A stretch of DNA of 64,000 bases from assembly GCA_004022145.1 (NCBI GenBank), contig RCNU01000011.1; one strand, written 5' to 3'. This DNA is from Paecilomyces variotii. Taxonomy: Eukaryota. The notes under the pieces were generated by a model. The model was not told where the DNA came from, searched no databases, and worked only from the letters and a program-made list of their open reading frames with translations. Position numbers and translations under genes: made by a program. Positions 1-12,325 of the stretch are shown here, in pieces; positions within the stretch are counted from its first letter, which is position 1; every line of letters starts with the position of its first letter.

Positions 1-540
1 TCGAAGTTTGGAGTAGTTCCTCAACAAGTTCCCGAGGTTCCAAGGTTCAGGATAGGCTTCTTCGTAATAGGGATAGTCGCAGCGGCTGATGATCAGGTGG
101 AATTGCTTAGCATGGAAAGTAGTAACTAGTAGTCCGCCTACCCTTTGCTAGCCTTCTAAGACTGTGAGGCCGTTCGGGGGCCAAGAAGAGTTGTGGTTCT
201 ATTCTGCTAATCCGGAGGTTGAAGACATTCTATAACTATCTAACTAGTCATGGTGTTATTCCTTTGCTTCCTTTGTATGTTCCAAAAAATATGACTAGAT
301 ATAGTTATGGACTAGGTAAAGTGTGCCGACACCATGGAATGGTTATTAACTAGTATGCAGTAACTAACTTTCTGTGAGAATCCGCTGAGATATCGAGTAT
401 CTAGGGATCTTCTGGTGTCTAGCTAATGTCATTATGTGCGGGATTTCTAATGTTTTAGTTTTGCCTCTCTGGGGGAAGTGAGCACCGAGCGTATTGTTCT
501 TCTTAGCTACAGCCATTCACCCCATAGATAATCTATATTG
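1..540. other. Degenerate TpA/TAG-rich relic with RIP-like composition
   Basis: Dense CTAG/TAG/TAA words (e.g. agtaactagtagt, taactagt) and no ORF >=60 aa in the track. Composition judged by eye, not computed. Confidence 0.45.
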
Positions 541-805
541 CAGACTTGAGCTTGCTCTCTACTAGTTACTCGTACCCTTGGGCTGTTCTTGATCGTCTCT
601 ATCTTCAATCGACTGGTGCTCGTCTAGCCATCATTTGCCTGCTCATCTATCGACTTAGTGGACTATTTAGTGAACCCTATTACCTATTTCCAGATGTCGA
701 GTTTCTACAAAATATCAAGCGTAAGACCACAAGCCGTCGCTCCACACGTACAGAAATCGACTATAGATATATTGAAATGCTGCATATAGTCCCTTCCTTC
801 TGATC

Positions 806-2637
806 TCAACTGTTGTCATTGTGATTCATGTCAAATGGCCAGATTGACCTCAGAGTCTTTTCATCTCTTACCGGCTCATCATCATCTGAATCTGAGTTCT
901 CCAAAACAGCCTGCAACATCCCATTGAAAAGTTCCTTCTGGGCTGCCTGTGCAGCTTCCCAGCCATCCGGAGGTACCCATCCGTCCGACGCGACATTTAG
1001 CAAGCTAGATAAATCAGTTCGTAGATTCTGTGCCGCCACAAAAAGTCTGTACTCCTTCTCATGTTTCTCAAGTTCTTCTCGCGAGGGTAAAGGATAAGGA
1101 CATTGACCTTCAAATCCTAGCTCGTTCCAAAGCCGAGCAGTCTCAATCATCTCGTGGCGTAAGGCTACCGCGCCATCCTTCCATGTTCTGTAACAATAAA
1201 GGAATGGTCGAAAAAGGTTATCATTCATTAACCTTGGATTTGCGAGTTTTGCTGTATAAAACTGTGAACAAAGATTAAAAGCTTCGGTGCATATCTCACT
1301 TCCCGTTGCAAAGTCAGGAATCTCGTCTGAGTACCAAAACGCCGGCTCGATGCTGGCTGCTTGCCAATCAATAATGCCAGTGATAGTAGAAGGATTGTCT
1401 TCCGAAACAAATATATTCCTCATATGCAGGTCCGGGTGGAACAATAATGGTGTGGCGGAATTACTGATTTGAATATTTGCGGCCATCTGCTTTAGCACGG
1501 GACGGGTATGCTCTAGAAGAGCCAAATGCGTTTCAGGCGAGCCATGATAGATTGGTCTCTCGGGTTCGGTATCTACTGGAGGGACTCGTGAGAGACCAGC
1601 GTCAATGAGGCCATCACAGTATTCGTCAATAGTGAGCCCTAACAGATTTCTGGTGGTAAGCACAATTGCCTAGTAGCAGGGGCGTTGACGCAACGTACAT
1701 GGGCCAGTGTTCATATTCGCGTGATGATAATATCTCCTTTCGCCAACATTAGTACCCCAGTATCTAGTACCGCAGTGAGGCCCAATACAAAAGCCATCAT
1801 CTAAGGGCACTTTGCGAGCAGATCCAAGAGTATCCTCGAAGTACATGCTCCCAAAAGCGGGGAATTCCAAATCGGCGATTTCTTTGATCGTCCGGTAGAT
1901 TGCATGTATGCACCTGACTTTCTGGTCGCCGGCCATTTCATGCCATTTCTCATGTAGTGGAACGCCAGTTGCATGTTCCATGATGATGTACTCGCTACCG
2001 ACAGTATTCGTTTCATCACTGGCGTCATAATTGTAGTCGAGAATTCTTGGTATGGGAATATTCGTCTTCGTTTGTACTTGATGCAGGTTGATCAGAGCTA
2101 AGGTAAGTGGTGCGATAGGGCGATAAACTTACGGTAACGAACTGTAGCAACCTCAGAAAGAGTGGTCAGTTGCGCAGGTCCTGCCAACCGAAACGGGAGC
2201 CTTGCGACGATGGTCTTCGCGCTGTCCAGGGTGAAGATAAAGACTCTGTTGAAGCCACCTTCAATTTTTCGACAAGCCTTTATGTGACTTGCTCCAGGGC
2301 ATAGCTCAATAACCTTTTTGCAAAGAGCACCAAAGTTGAACTGGATGTAGCGCGAATCAGTCTCCAGTCTGTCACGCCGCAACCACCGACCGCTCGTGTA
2401 AGTATGGGGGTTTATTTCTATGCCATTAGCATGGAAAATCAAACGTAGAACAAGAGCAAATGGCTCACCAAATTCCAATCCTGTATCTATCGTGCTCGCC
2501 GTCGAAATCGTTGCACCGTCAGCACGCTGCAGTCGAGAAGTTAAACAAGTCGGCCGGCAAAGGAAGGGTAGAGACGAAGGGCGGCTAAGTCGACTTGGTA
2601 AAGCCCAACACAAAGGGTGTCTCAAAGGCGGCAGCAT
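806..2637 (-). CDS. Aminoglycoside-phosphotransferase (APH)/Aim9-like kinase-fold protein, 4 exons
   Basis: Joined ORFs give EGGFNRVF, IVARLP, SEVATV, EYIIMEHATGVPL, LFHPDLHMRNIFV and ITGIIDWQ. Three GT-AG introns (~2419-2468, ~2077-2132, ~1640-1698) restore the frame. The basic N-terminus resembles a mitochondrial presequence. Confidence 0.85.
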
Positions 2638-2862
2638 CTTGTTATATATTAGAAGCCATCTGTTACAATTTGCCTGAAATAGAACGATCTCTAGCTTATT
2701 CAATGGTCATAAAGCAACCGTGTTACCAGGCCGAGTCGGTGTTTAGTTACTTTTGATTGGAGAGTTTATGTAAGAATCAACTACTTATCTACCCACTCTC
2801 TTTCCACTTCATTACACCTTTCATACTGTCCCACCCTCAAGACACTCACTACGACTGCAAGC

Positions 2863-3646
2863 ATGGCTTATGAGCTGGGAGAAGTAAAACCCTCTGATGT
2901 AGTGTTCCTCGAGAAGCTGAAAGAGTCCAAGAACTCTGTTGTTTTCAAGGTGGCTGTCTGCGGAAAAACATGCGTTATGAAAGTGGTAAGTACCTAGGTA
3001 TATTCTCCTGATAACTAGGATGTCGCTAAGCTCTACTAGTATCATACTAGAGGCCCGTCTGAATAGGACCCTCCGGACCGTGTAATAGAGCTCTTTATCT
3101 GCGAGTCTACTGCCTACCAGCGGCTGAAAGCAAAGGGGCTATGTGGGCGACGAGTTCCCGATTTTTATGGCACAATTACAGAAATACAGCCAACTCTCTG
3201 GCCAAGCTTGCATATGTTTATTGACGACGAACTTGCCCCAAATGCTATTATTATCGAGTATATTGCAAATATGGAGCCAATTGGCTTGTCTAATTTCTCG
3301 GAACATCGTCTGGCGGAGCTTTCTCATATCCTTGAGGATATCCACCGGGCCAAAGTTCTTCATGGTGATCCATACCCAAGGAATATGATGGTAGTACCAG
3401 GAGAACAGGAAAGAGTGCTTTGGATCGACTTCGATTCTGCTCAGACTTTTTCAGAAGGGCCCGGGCCCCTTTCACCAAGACAAGATACATGGTTTAAGGA
3501 AGAAGTTGAGATGATGGAATTTTTTGTTCAAGCTCTAGTAGGTTCCAGTCTACTTGCTTATAGTTCTAACTGACTGTTTGCAGGCTGAAGATTATAAGGA
3601 GGGCAAGATCAATCGCACACGTCCTTACTATTACGAGTTTGTGTAG
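2863..3646 (+). pseudogene. Fungal kinase-like protein with one in-frame TAG at 3064-3066
   Basis: Exon 1 MAYELGEV...CVMKV, intron 2986-3039, then YHTRGPSE*DPPDRVIELFICESTAY continuing in frame into VLHGDPYPRNMM and LWIDFD. A last intron leads to a short final exon with its stop at 3644-3646. Confidence 0.75.
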
Positions 3647-3829
3647 AGGACATGTTGCGATAGTGTTATCATTGGATATTGACGATCTGATTTGCTGAAC
3701 TGTGTAGACATGGGAGACACGTACTACATGGTTTTATTCGATGTGCGTATCCAGATCAGGTAATTCAGACCCGGAATGCAACGATGGTGTCTCCTACAAT
3801 CGAAAGGCGAACTAGTCACTTTCACATCC

Positions 3830-4370
3830 TCATTCCATCATGCTCACTGGAAGAACACCCAATCTTGAGTGGTACACTGCCGGGCTTTCTCTCTTCCACC
3901 GCTCACCATTCGGACATACTTCCTTTCTCATCTATTGACCCACGGGACCAAGGACCGGTAGTATATAGAATCTAAAAAAGTCCTCCTGTGCGATCTTGAG
4001 AAAAGCTTCCTCATCATCAATGACTCCCTTTTAGACCTTTCCAACTCCCCAGTATCAATATAATTCCACGTATCATACGTGGGGACGATTGTTCCCAGCC
4101 CTCGTGGTGGATGCAATACGGTATACAGGGGCGATCATGCCGAAAGTGGCAGGACTAACCGTAAGGGGGAATTCAGAGGTCCTCGCTTTACTTCGCAAAC
4201 AATAATAGTCATTAGAATTCCAAACTCAAAAATAGTCAGAAATTGGTGTCTCTACCGCCTTACGGTTTGCAGAGGTGCAAGCTTACTACAACTAATAGTT
4301 TTGATGTTCCTCAACGCCAACAGAGGTGACGATTGGCTCAAAATAATATCAATGGAATTCAATGTCCGAT
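3830..4370 (-). pseudogene. Relic of a FunK1-type fungal protein kinase C-terminus
   Basis: Minus-strand frameshifted fragments HFRHD, YCIHHEG, VPTYDTWNYIDT, IDDEEAFL, YYRSLVPWVNR and PNGERW follow the motif order I recall for Pkinase_fungal (FunK1) proteins. Confidence 0.6.
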
Positions 4371-4542
4371 AAAAAGAACCTAGAGTATCTGATATTACGA
4401 GATAAATCTATCTCGTTTAATATCTACTTCGAGCATCGAAAATAGTTATTCCTTTACCACATTAATTAATTCCTCGTTCGATAATTCCAGCTTTTAACGA
4501 CCAGGACACAGTTGACTCGCCCGGTCAGAGCGGGAAGGGAAG

Positions 4543-4551
4543 AAATTTTTT
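4543..4551. promoter_or_regulatory. RRPE-like element (AAATTTTTT) upstream of RPC19
   Basis: Motif lies about 400 nt upstream of a Pol I/III subunit gene. RRPE is known from yeast ribosome-biogenesis promoters. Confidence 0.35.
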
Positions 4552-4956
4552 GCCGCCGAAGCCAAGACTTCGCGATAATCAAATCAGCTTCAAGCACCAG
4601 CAAGGACTGTATTAGCGTTATCCTTATCCATTTTTTATGATTCAAAGTTTTGAAAGATTAAGAGATATATCAAAAAAGAAGAAAAAAGCATTCCTAATAT
4701 CCTAATTTGGAACATCCAAGGAAGAAGACCGACGACCCCGAAATTGCGCGGGAAAAAAGTGGCAAAAAAAAAAAAAGGACGCCGATAATAATCTTCTATC
4801 TTATCACCTGACCCAATTTTGAGAGCAAGGTCAGCGATACTCTAGAATCGGTCATCTTCTGGTCGATCAGTGAGAGAGCAAACTAGCAGCTAGAGAGGGA
4901 GGCCGCCCGAAGCAGACAAAGAGACACACCGACTTTAACATACCCTGGTCGCCAGC

Positions 4957-5841
4957 ATGCCGTCGTCAGTACACTCCCAGGACCAAGACCAGTCCATGCT
5001 GGACGCACAGCCGGAACAGACGCAGTTCGAGAACGAAGAGTTCGAAATGGAGAAGAAGCCCATCGTTGTTGTAAGTGCTGTTTCAATCTTTCTGTGTGGC
5101 TTTTGGAGTTCTCATGTCTGGGTTGGCCTGTGCCGTATATGGCTTGCATTGATGATCAGGGCATGTTGCTGTGATGATTTCCGTTGGATTCTGCGTGTCT
5201 CTTGTATAGCGGATATATGTGCTATGCTTCTTGTTATTTTGGATGTTTATTGCCGTCTTCATTTACATCTCGATTTCTTCATTTCCATGTCTTCCCTCAT
5301 TTCAATATGCCTAACCACGACGAGCTGCTTCCGATCCCATATGTCATGCCACGACTCGAACAGAGAAGAACCGCCCAGCTAACCATGAGTACAGCTACCC
5401 GGAGCCACCGAGACAGCAGCCTCCTTCCAATTCGAGGGAGAAGATCACACACTAGGCAACGCTCTCCGATATGTCATTATGAAGAAGTAAGTCCCTTTTA
5501 TTCATCTCCGTACAATCCCAAAAAAAGAAAAAGGAAAGAGAAGAAAAAAACTAACATACCATCCCAAAAAAGCCCCTCCGTCGAATTCTGCGGCTACACC
5601 ATTCCTCATCCCTCAGAAGCCAAGATGAATCTTCGTATCCAGACATATGGTGAGTTTCCTTTCCGCAAAATATAACCATCTATATTAATCATACTGACAA
5701 ATCCCAGACTCCACCACAGCAGTCGAAGCACTAGAGAAAGGCCTCGATGACCTGATGGACCTGTGTGATGTCGTGACTGACAAGTTCACCACGGCCCGTG
5801 ATGAGTTCAATGCTGCGCAGCAGGATCGGATGACTGCTTGA
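4957..5841 (+). CDS. RPC19: RNA polymerase I/III shared subunit AC19, 4 exons
   Basis: Spliced product ...[77 protein letters not shown]... carries the EDHTLGN and GYxIPHP signatures. Confidence 0.95.
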
Positions 5842-6300
5842 GAAAAAAAAAAGCTATTTTCCTTCGTCTTGTTTTTGTCTATGGTGAAAAGAAGCTGATT
5901 TGGTTCGCTTACTTGGTTGCAATCGATTTTTTATGAATACCATATGTGGGAGTTGCATTTTCCTGTTAAGATATGATAGATAGAGGTGGGCGGGGAAAAA
6001 AGCTATAGGAAGAATAGAGATGATACGAAGCATAAGATTATTTGTCTTCATCTAGATGATCCAGGAAGAATGAAACTCTTGTACAGTAGGTAATGGAAAA
6101 GAAAAAGAAAATTCGACTTGCTACTCTGACAATATATACATGATTCTATCTGTCTGTTACGCCATGGAAACGCGGATAGGATAAGATAGGGTAGGATTTC
6201 TTTCATCGTCTCGTATGCATTTTCGCTGATTTCGAGTAGTGACTGCAGATAATCCAACAGGAATGAAAAGAGACAACGTTCACCATCTCCGAGAAAGTAC

Positions 6301-7118
6301 TTAGTTACGGCCCTCCAGGAAGCCGGAGATGAAGTTGGGCGGTAGCCGAGCAGTAGGGTCCTCCTCAGGACGGAAGTACTTCATGACGTGGGACAGCTGC
6401 TTCCAGTAGTTCAGGGTTTCCTGTTTATACATGTCAGTAAGCGCTCGCAGAGAAATCTCTCGTAAAACTAAGAGCAACAGATAGAGAGAAGCCATAGATA
6501 TAAGGAAGTAATCCCATATAACGCGGCGGTAGTGGGATATGTGATTCCCCACGTCGGCATCCCCATAACAACCTCCCTCCTCGATTGATGGATTGAAAAA
6601 AAGCTCTTGACTGACCTGGAACTCAGCATTGCTCTTCTGAATCAGGACATCGACAACGCTCAGCTGGTTGACATAGCGGTGCTGCTCGAATTCCTGGCGG
6701 ATCTTCGTCCGGATGGCTGAGACGGGCATGTTCAGGGAGTACATGGTCTGGATCTCAGGGGACTGTTTATCAAGACGCCATCACGTTAGCAGCTGGATGA
6801 TATTCAGGTTTGCGACATCGTAATATGTGCACTCAATGGCATTTTATGCGCGAGGCTCGAAACCGACAAGGCAGTGCAGGAATGGCGACATCATGCTGAA
6901 TTGGAAGGGCTACTGACCGCTCGAAGCCAGTGTCTGTATGATCGCAGCACTCGTCTCTTTGCATCAGCCCAGTTGACAGCTGTAGAGGTGATAAAATCGT
7001 CAGTCCGACAATCGACCAATGCGGGCTAGGCTATTTGCAAGTTTCGGATCATCGAAGGGGAACCGGGAGACGTACAGGAGCGCGTCTTCTGCGCGAGGAA
7101 TGTTGGGTTGATAGTCAT
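6301..7118 (-). CDS. NDUFA6: NADH:ubiquinone oxidoreductase 14.8 kDa LYR-family subunit (NDUFA6/B14), 4 exons
   Basis: MTINPTFLAQKTRS...VNWADAKRRVLRSYRHWLRA/SPEIQTMYSL...KIRQEFE...FQ/ETLNYWKQLSHVMKYF...FLEGRN. Introns include 6763-6917 and ~6421-6615. Confidence 0.93.
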
Positions 7119-7319
7119 GGTGTCGAAAATAAAACACTGTATCCCGGTATGCGAATTGGTCCTGGAGACACCAGCTCGGGAGAGGGCTGAAAGGGACAGG
7201 GACAGGTTCAGTGACGATGAGCCTGAGTATCGCGGATCTGATGATGGATGGTGGAGGTCGTCCCTCGGCGGCATTGCGGGCCGATGCCCGTTTCGTGCAG
7301 CTTCACCGCCTACCATTTC

Positions 7320-7330
7320 TGAAAAAATTT
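7320..7330 (+). promoter_or_regulatory. RRPE element TGAAAAAATTT in the NDUFA6/LOC1 bidirectional promoter
   Basis: Near-consensus RRPE about 240 nt upstream of the ribosome-biogenesis gene LOC1. Confidence 0.5.
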
Positions 7331-7568
7331 CTTTAGCTGCGGCGGGTTGCTTTTTTGAAGGCGATGGAAATCAGCCCATTCCTATCCACAGATCGTTAGT
7401 CGGATCCTTTTTTTTGTTGCTGTCCCGAGTACAGTAACTAAAGGAATTGGCAATCAAATTCCCAGGTATCCCTTCCAAACCTCTGTTGCGTACAAAAATA
7501 TCCATCTTCCGCGCATTTCGCCGATCCTTATCAGAACTTTCTCTCGCGGAGCGAGAACTACAGACGCA

Positions 7569-8280
7569 ATGGCTCCAAACCGAGGATCTTCGTCCAAGGG
7601 CTCTGCTGGAAAGCCTTCGGGTGGTTCAAAGGGCAAGCCGTCAACTCTATCCTCCGCCTCGCGGGTCAGCAAGTCCAGCGCAAAAGTCAAGCGACCGCCG
7701 CCAAAGGAAGTGAAATCCAAGGCGCGCACGGCGCCCGAGAACCTGAAGAAAAAGAAGAAGAGGGAGTATACTGAGAAGGAGCTTGATCTGCCTGCGCTCA
7801 ACACGATTACCCCCGTTGGTGTGGTGAAGCCCAAGGGAAAGAAGAAGGGCAAGACGTTTGTGGATGATCAGGTGTGTATTGCGGGTCCATACGTCTGGGT
7901 GTCTAGGTCTAATTTTGATTATTTTCTGTTCCACAGGAGAGCATGATGACAATCCTTGCTATGGTCAATGCCGAAAAGGAGGGCCAGATTGAGTCTAAGT
8001 TGATGAAGGCGCGCCAGATGGAAGAGATCCGGGAAGCGAAGAGAAAGGAAGCCGAAGCAAGGCATGAACAGAAGAAGTCAAAACTCGTACGTCAAAGCTG
8101 TCACTTGGCAATATGCTGGAATTGGTATCTTGTTAACGATTTCCACAGGAAGAGACCAAGGACTCCCTACGCCGGAAGAAGCGCAAGAGCAACGGTGACA
8201 TGGGATCCAACGAATCGGAGAAAGCCGAGAGTAACGGTACAAAATCGAAGGGAAAGCGGAAGAGTGTTTCCTTTGCTTAA
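7569..8280 (+). CDS. LOC1: 60S ribosomal subunit assembly/export protein Loc1, 3 exons
   Basis: Lys-rich protein with [44 protein letters not shown]...[21 protein letters not shown] and a C-terminal KSVSFA. Confidence 0.88.
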
Positions 8281-8471
8281 ATATTGCATCATACCTCCTA
8301 CCGGTTCTATATTCTATGTCTCTATGTTGGGGTTTGGCGTCCGATTGGCTTGTACATTGTGCTTCATTTCCTCCCAAAAGCGCCATATTTGTCGTTATCA
8401 TGAAAGGGAAAGGGGGTTCCACCAAAAGAGCAGACGTGTCGAGGTCTTATACAACAATGATATCCGATCGA

Positions 8472-10185
8472 TCAAGGTTCAACTTTGTCCATGTTCATTG
8501 CCAGCTTGCGGCGCATAGGGTCGAAATCCGGTCGAGGTGCTGTGTCTGGGTCCTTGTTGGGCCCCTTCTGGCTGGAGATCCGCCCTGGAATGATTTCTGG
8601 GTTTTGTACGACGAGGGGGGCGTCGAGGTCCACCTCAAAGGCCATCTTGTTCAAGAATGCCGTCACCTAGACGAGTTGTTAGCAGCGTTACCAGACTCCT
8701 TGCTGCGACACGTATATTGTTAGAGCGATCGCAGATTCAGCACGTACCGGCTTCACAAACCAGCGACCCCCACCGTATTCGAACCAGCCAAGGTGGCCTC
8801 CCCACGATGTAGTGCACATGACACCGTATGGTGTCTTTGTGATCTCCTGGTATGGTAGAGCTTCCTTCGCCGCAATCTACAATCATGTTAGCTGTCATTA
8901 TTTCCAAGTCGTTCCTTCGAGGCCCATACCGGGTCATCTTCTGCTTGAACTGCAAAGAACGGAATCCTGATGGCCAGGAGAGAGTCGATGGAGGAAGCGT
9001 CACGGTAGTAGGCGCCCTCTGTTGGGTAACCCCATGTCGGACCTTGTAGCGCTCTGCCAGCGGGTCAGATATAGATAGAACAGAGAGGGACTTCTGGTAA
9101 GAACTTACCTGTCAAATTCGTGAAGATATGTGATCTTGAGAACTTCCTCTACGTTCACACGCGGGTTCTTCGAGACCTCTTCCAGGTGCCTTAGGAAGTA
9201 TACGTTAGAACGAACATACGGACGCGTGATTCTCTTCCGGGAAAACATACTGCGAAAACAGACGCTTCATATTCGAACCCATTGTCTTGGAGTAGACTTC
9301 CTGTCCGATCCATGTCCTCTGCAGGGCAAGAGAACCGACCTCCAGATTCCATGGGCTGGCACAGAGCACAGCGGCCTTCAACTGGGCATGATCACCTTCC
9401 TCTCCGAGGTACTGCAACATATGTCAATATCAATACAACTCGCTGTCTTCTCTCATAGGAAAATGTACTGTACTTACATTGGCGAGAATGTTCGCGCCCA
9501 GGGAGAAACCAATGCCGAAAAGCGGCCGATTCGGGAAGGTCTTTCGCAGCCATTTGACGGCTTGCCGCACATCCCACGTCGCGCGAGCGTTATACAGAAC
9601 GCCACTGTTAATCTTGGTCTGCGCGCAGCCCCTAGAGTTGACTACGCAGATCTCCCACCGGCCGGAGGCTGCGAGCGGCGCAACCACGTGGCGCAAGTAG
9701 AGTTCATGCGAGCCACCACTCAACCCATGGAGCATGACCAGCATAGGCTTCGAGTCAGATGAAGGCAAGGAAGCAAATTCGTCTGCGGTAAAGAAAGCAG
9801 TCCGTGGCGGCAGGCCCGAGGGGAGCGTGTATCTCCGGGCCGCATCAGTCACCTCTGGATCGGTGGGTGTCTCATAAGGCTCCACGACAAAGTCAATGGC
9901 GAATTGTCCGCTGTATTGAGGGTTGTCGGCCTGGAACATCCGCCGTTTGTAGTAGATTGGGATATCATGGGACTTGATAGTGGTGTAGGCGGTCTGTAGA
10001 TGTCCATTGAAGAGTAACGGGTTTAATTGGCACGATGAAGGTGTCGCTGCACGGCATAGATCTGCCAATGAGATCTGAGACTTCACATCTGCATCATCCG
10101 ACTTCTTGGAGAGTAGCAGCTCGTTATCTTTCGCATGGTGAAATGAGACCCGGCCGCTGGGAAGAAGCCACGAGGACAGGCCCAT
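8472..10185 (-). CDS. YheT/Eht1/Eeb1 (ABHD1-3)-family alpha/beta hydrolase or acyltransferase, multi-exon
   Basis: Motifs [42 protein letters not shown] and a later GGHLGWF. Confidence 0.9.
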
Positions 10186-11110
10186 CGCGGATGCAGAAAT
10201 GCGCAGCGCAATGAGAAAAGTCTATATATCTGTACAATTTACTGCTGGATGTGATTGAAGGCAACAACTGTACACAGAACAGATCAAACAACAGGATCTA
10301 TAGATGCAGAGGGGAAAAAAATTGAAAGGAGAAAACGAATGACGAAGGACATATATTATTGTTGGATGAATCGCGGTCTGCGAGCCTCGGCATCTCAAGA
10401 CAAGATGACATAATCAGCGTCCGATCTTATCACAACTACTAAAACCCCTAATTGTCGGCCCGACCAGCGCGATAAGAAACGACGATCTGGAGGGGAATCA
10501 AAGACAGACTATGGTCATGAGACTTGGATATTCCGCCATCAGTTGACTGTGTCACAGAATCTCACGGTAAGCGCCGGTTGGGGGCCAGGTCTGGTCTATG
10601 TCCCCGACGGTCTATGCCCAATCCTTTCTGCTGTCTTCCAACTGCTGAATGAATGTTCCTATCCGGCCGCCGGATGCGGAAACGCAACGGCGTCAACGCT
10701 GCCCTGGGCACTCAGGACATGTTACAGACGGAACTAGAACCTGGGGGAGATCCAGACAAGGACGACTCTGGAAGACATCTCTCATGGACCCCTGTTAAGG
10801 TTCGCGAGATTGCCGGTCATCCTATGTAATGCTGATTACATCCTCGCGGCGTGCCCCGGCCTCGTGTTCCGTTTGCGTACAAATCCGGTACTTGCGCTTG
10901 ACTATTTGAAGAGCGTGAGGTACCCTTGTCACACTGGTACTTCATGGGCGCTGTTCACGCGGGGTCTCTGGAAGGGCGGCTATTCACCAGGTCATCATCC
11001 ATATTAATGTCGCGCTCACGACCATGACAAGGACCGACCGGTTACCTGTTCTCACTCCGCTGCTAGCATTCGACCCCAAGGATATTTATTCGGGATCCTA
11101 GGGCTGAACC

Positions 11111-12325
11111 ATGGACCCGGGACAATCGCGTCTCGCCTTCCGGACTGCGCCTCGACGCATCTTGCAGAGACTCATATCCTTAACAGAGACAACGAGGAAA
11201 CGATCCAACGCGAAGCGATCGCCAGCGCGGAAGAACAGAGGAGAAGGATCGGAGAGATGTCTCCTCCTCGAACTTCCCACGGAATTACTATTCCATATAG
11301 TCTCGTATCTTGATCACCTGTCGGAAGCAACCTTGGCTTTAACGTGCAGGCGGCTTTTCGCAATTTCCGGTTCTGCTCTTCGCTCAGAAACGCTTCGGTT
11401 CGACAAAGATTTTGCGCCACTGTTTCATCACTATAAAAACGAGCAGAGCTTTGCGACACAGAGATGGAAGCTTATGAAGCTGTTGGAAGATAAGAAGTGG
11501 CGCCTCTGTTCGAAATGCCTGAAGTTGCACCCATCTGATGCTTTCCCGTCCAAAGAATTAAAACGGTGTGCTGAGGTTCGAACGTGCAATCTTGGGGAGC
11601 TGGCTGGGATTGTCGATCTGTGTCCTTGCAAGAAATTGACTTTTCGGGACAAGCTTGATCTTGTTGATCAGCTGAAGGCACGAGAAGAGGTGCTGCAGGT
11701 AATGAGCTTGTCGTGGACGCATCGACCGCCCGAACGCTACTGCTGGCACTCGTGCGTTTCGAGATATGGAAAGACGGAGCTGAAGATCGAGATCTACCCG
11801 GAGCTGGACGAAGCTGGACGGCTGCTCGTACGGACCGAGTATCATCTATCGACCGAGCCAACAGCACTGGGAAAGGAGCAACACATGACGCCGCGTTTCG
11901 GTTGTGCGCATCGATCGATGGATCTCTGGCTATCTAGCGTCTGTCAGACATTATACTGCCATCTATATGATTCTTTCTGCACCTCCTGCAAACGGATGTC
12001 GGCGTGCAGTTCTTGTGACACAGTATTGAAGTGCCCGAAGAAACGACCATACTACCACGCCGAAACAAAGCAAGCGACGTACTTCTTCTGGACCCAGCGG
12101 TGTCTGGGGAAGACCACCACACACCCAGATCGGAGCTGGGCTGCGCAGAGAATCCATCCAGCAGACAGTTTTATCACTTGGGATAACTGTCGGGAGCTCT
12201 GTCCGTGGACGATCAGGGAACACCCCCCGCTTAGCCGCCCTCCGTCCTTGGGATTGGATATCCTAGACCCTGCCCTAGACGATCACGTCTTACGACAGCT
12301 CTATTCGTCAATCCATATGGTTTGA
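11111..12325 (+). CDS. F-box protein with Cys/His-rich C-terminal region, intronless
   Basis: F-box motif LLELPTELLFHIVSYL...LALTCRRL in a 404-aa ORF with many CxxC motifs. Confidence 0.85.
   Translation: MDPGQSRLAFRTAPRRILQRLISLTETTRKRSNAKRSPARKNRGEGSERCLLLELPTELLFHIVSYLDHLSEATLALTCRRLFAISGSALRSETLRFDKDFAPLFHHYKNEQSFATQRWKLMKLLEDKKWRLCSKCLKLHPSDAFPSKELKRCAEVRTCNLGELAGIVDLCPCKKLTFRDKLDLVDQLKAREEVLQVMSLSWTHRPPERYCWHSCVSRYGKTELKIEIYPELDEAGRLLVRTEYHLSTEPTALGKEQHMTPRFGCAHRSMDLWLSSVCQTLYCHLYDSFCTSCKRMSACSSCDTVLKCPKKRPYYHAETKQATYFFWTQRCLGKTTTHPDRSWAAQRIHPADSFITWDNCRELCPWTIREHPPLSRPPSLGLDILDPALDDHVLRQLYSSIHMV

Noticed and set aside
6421..6615. Structured RNA or stwintron in NDUFA6 intron 3
   Set aside because: Only short alternative GTGGGA/TCCCAC-type pairings are present, with no snoRNA boxes and no nested splice signals.
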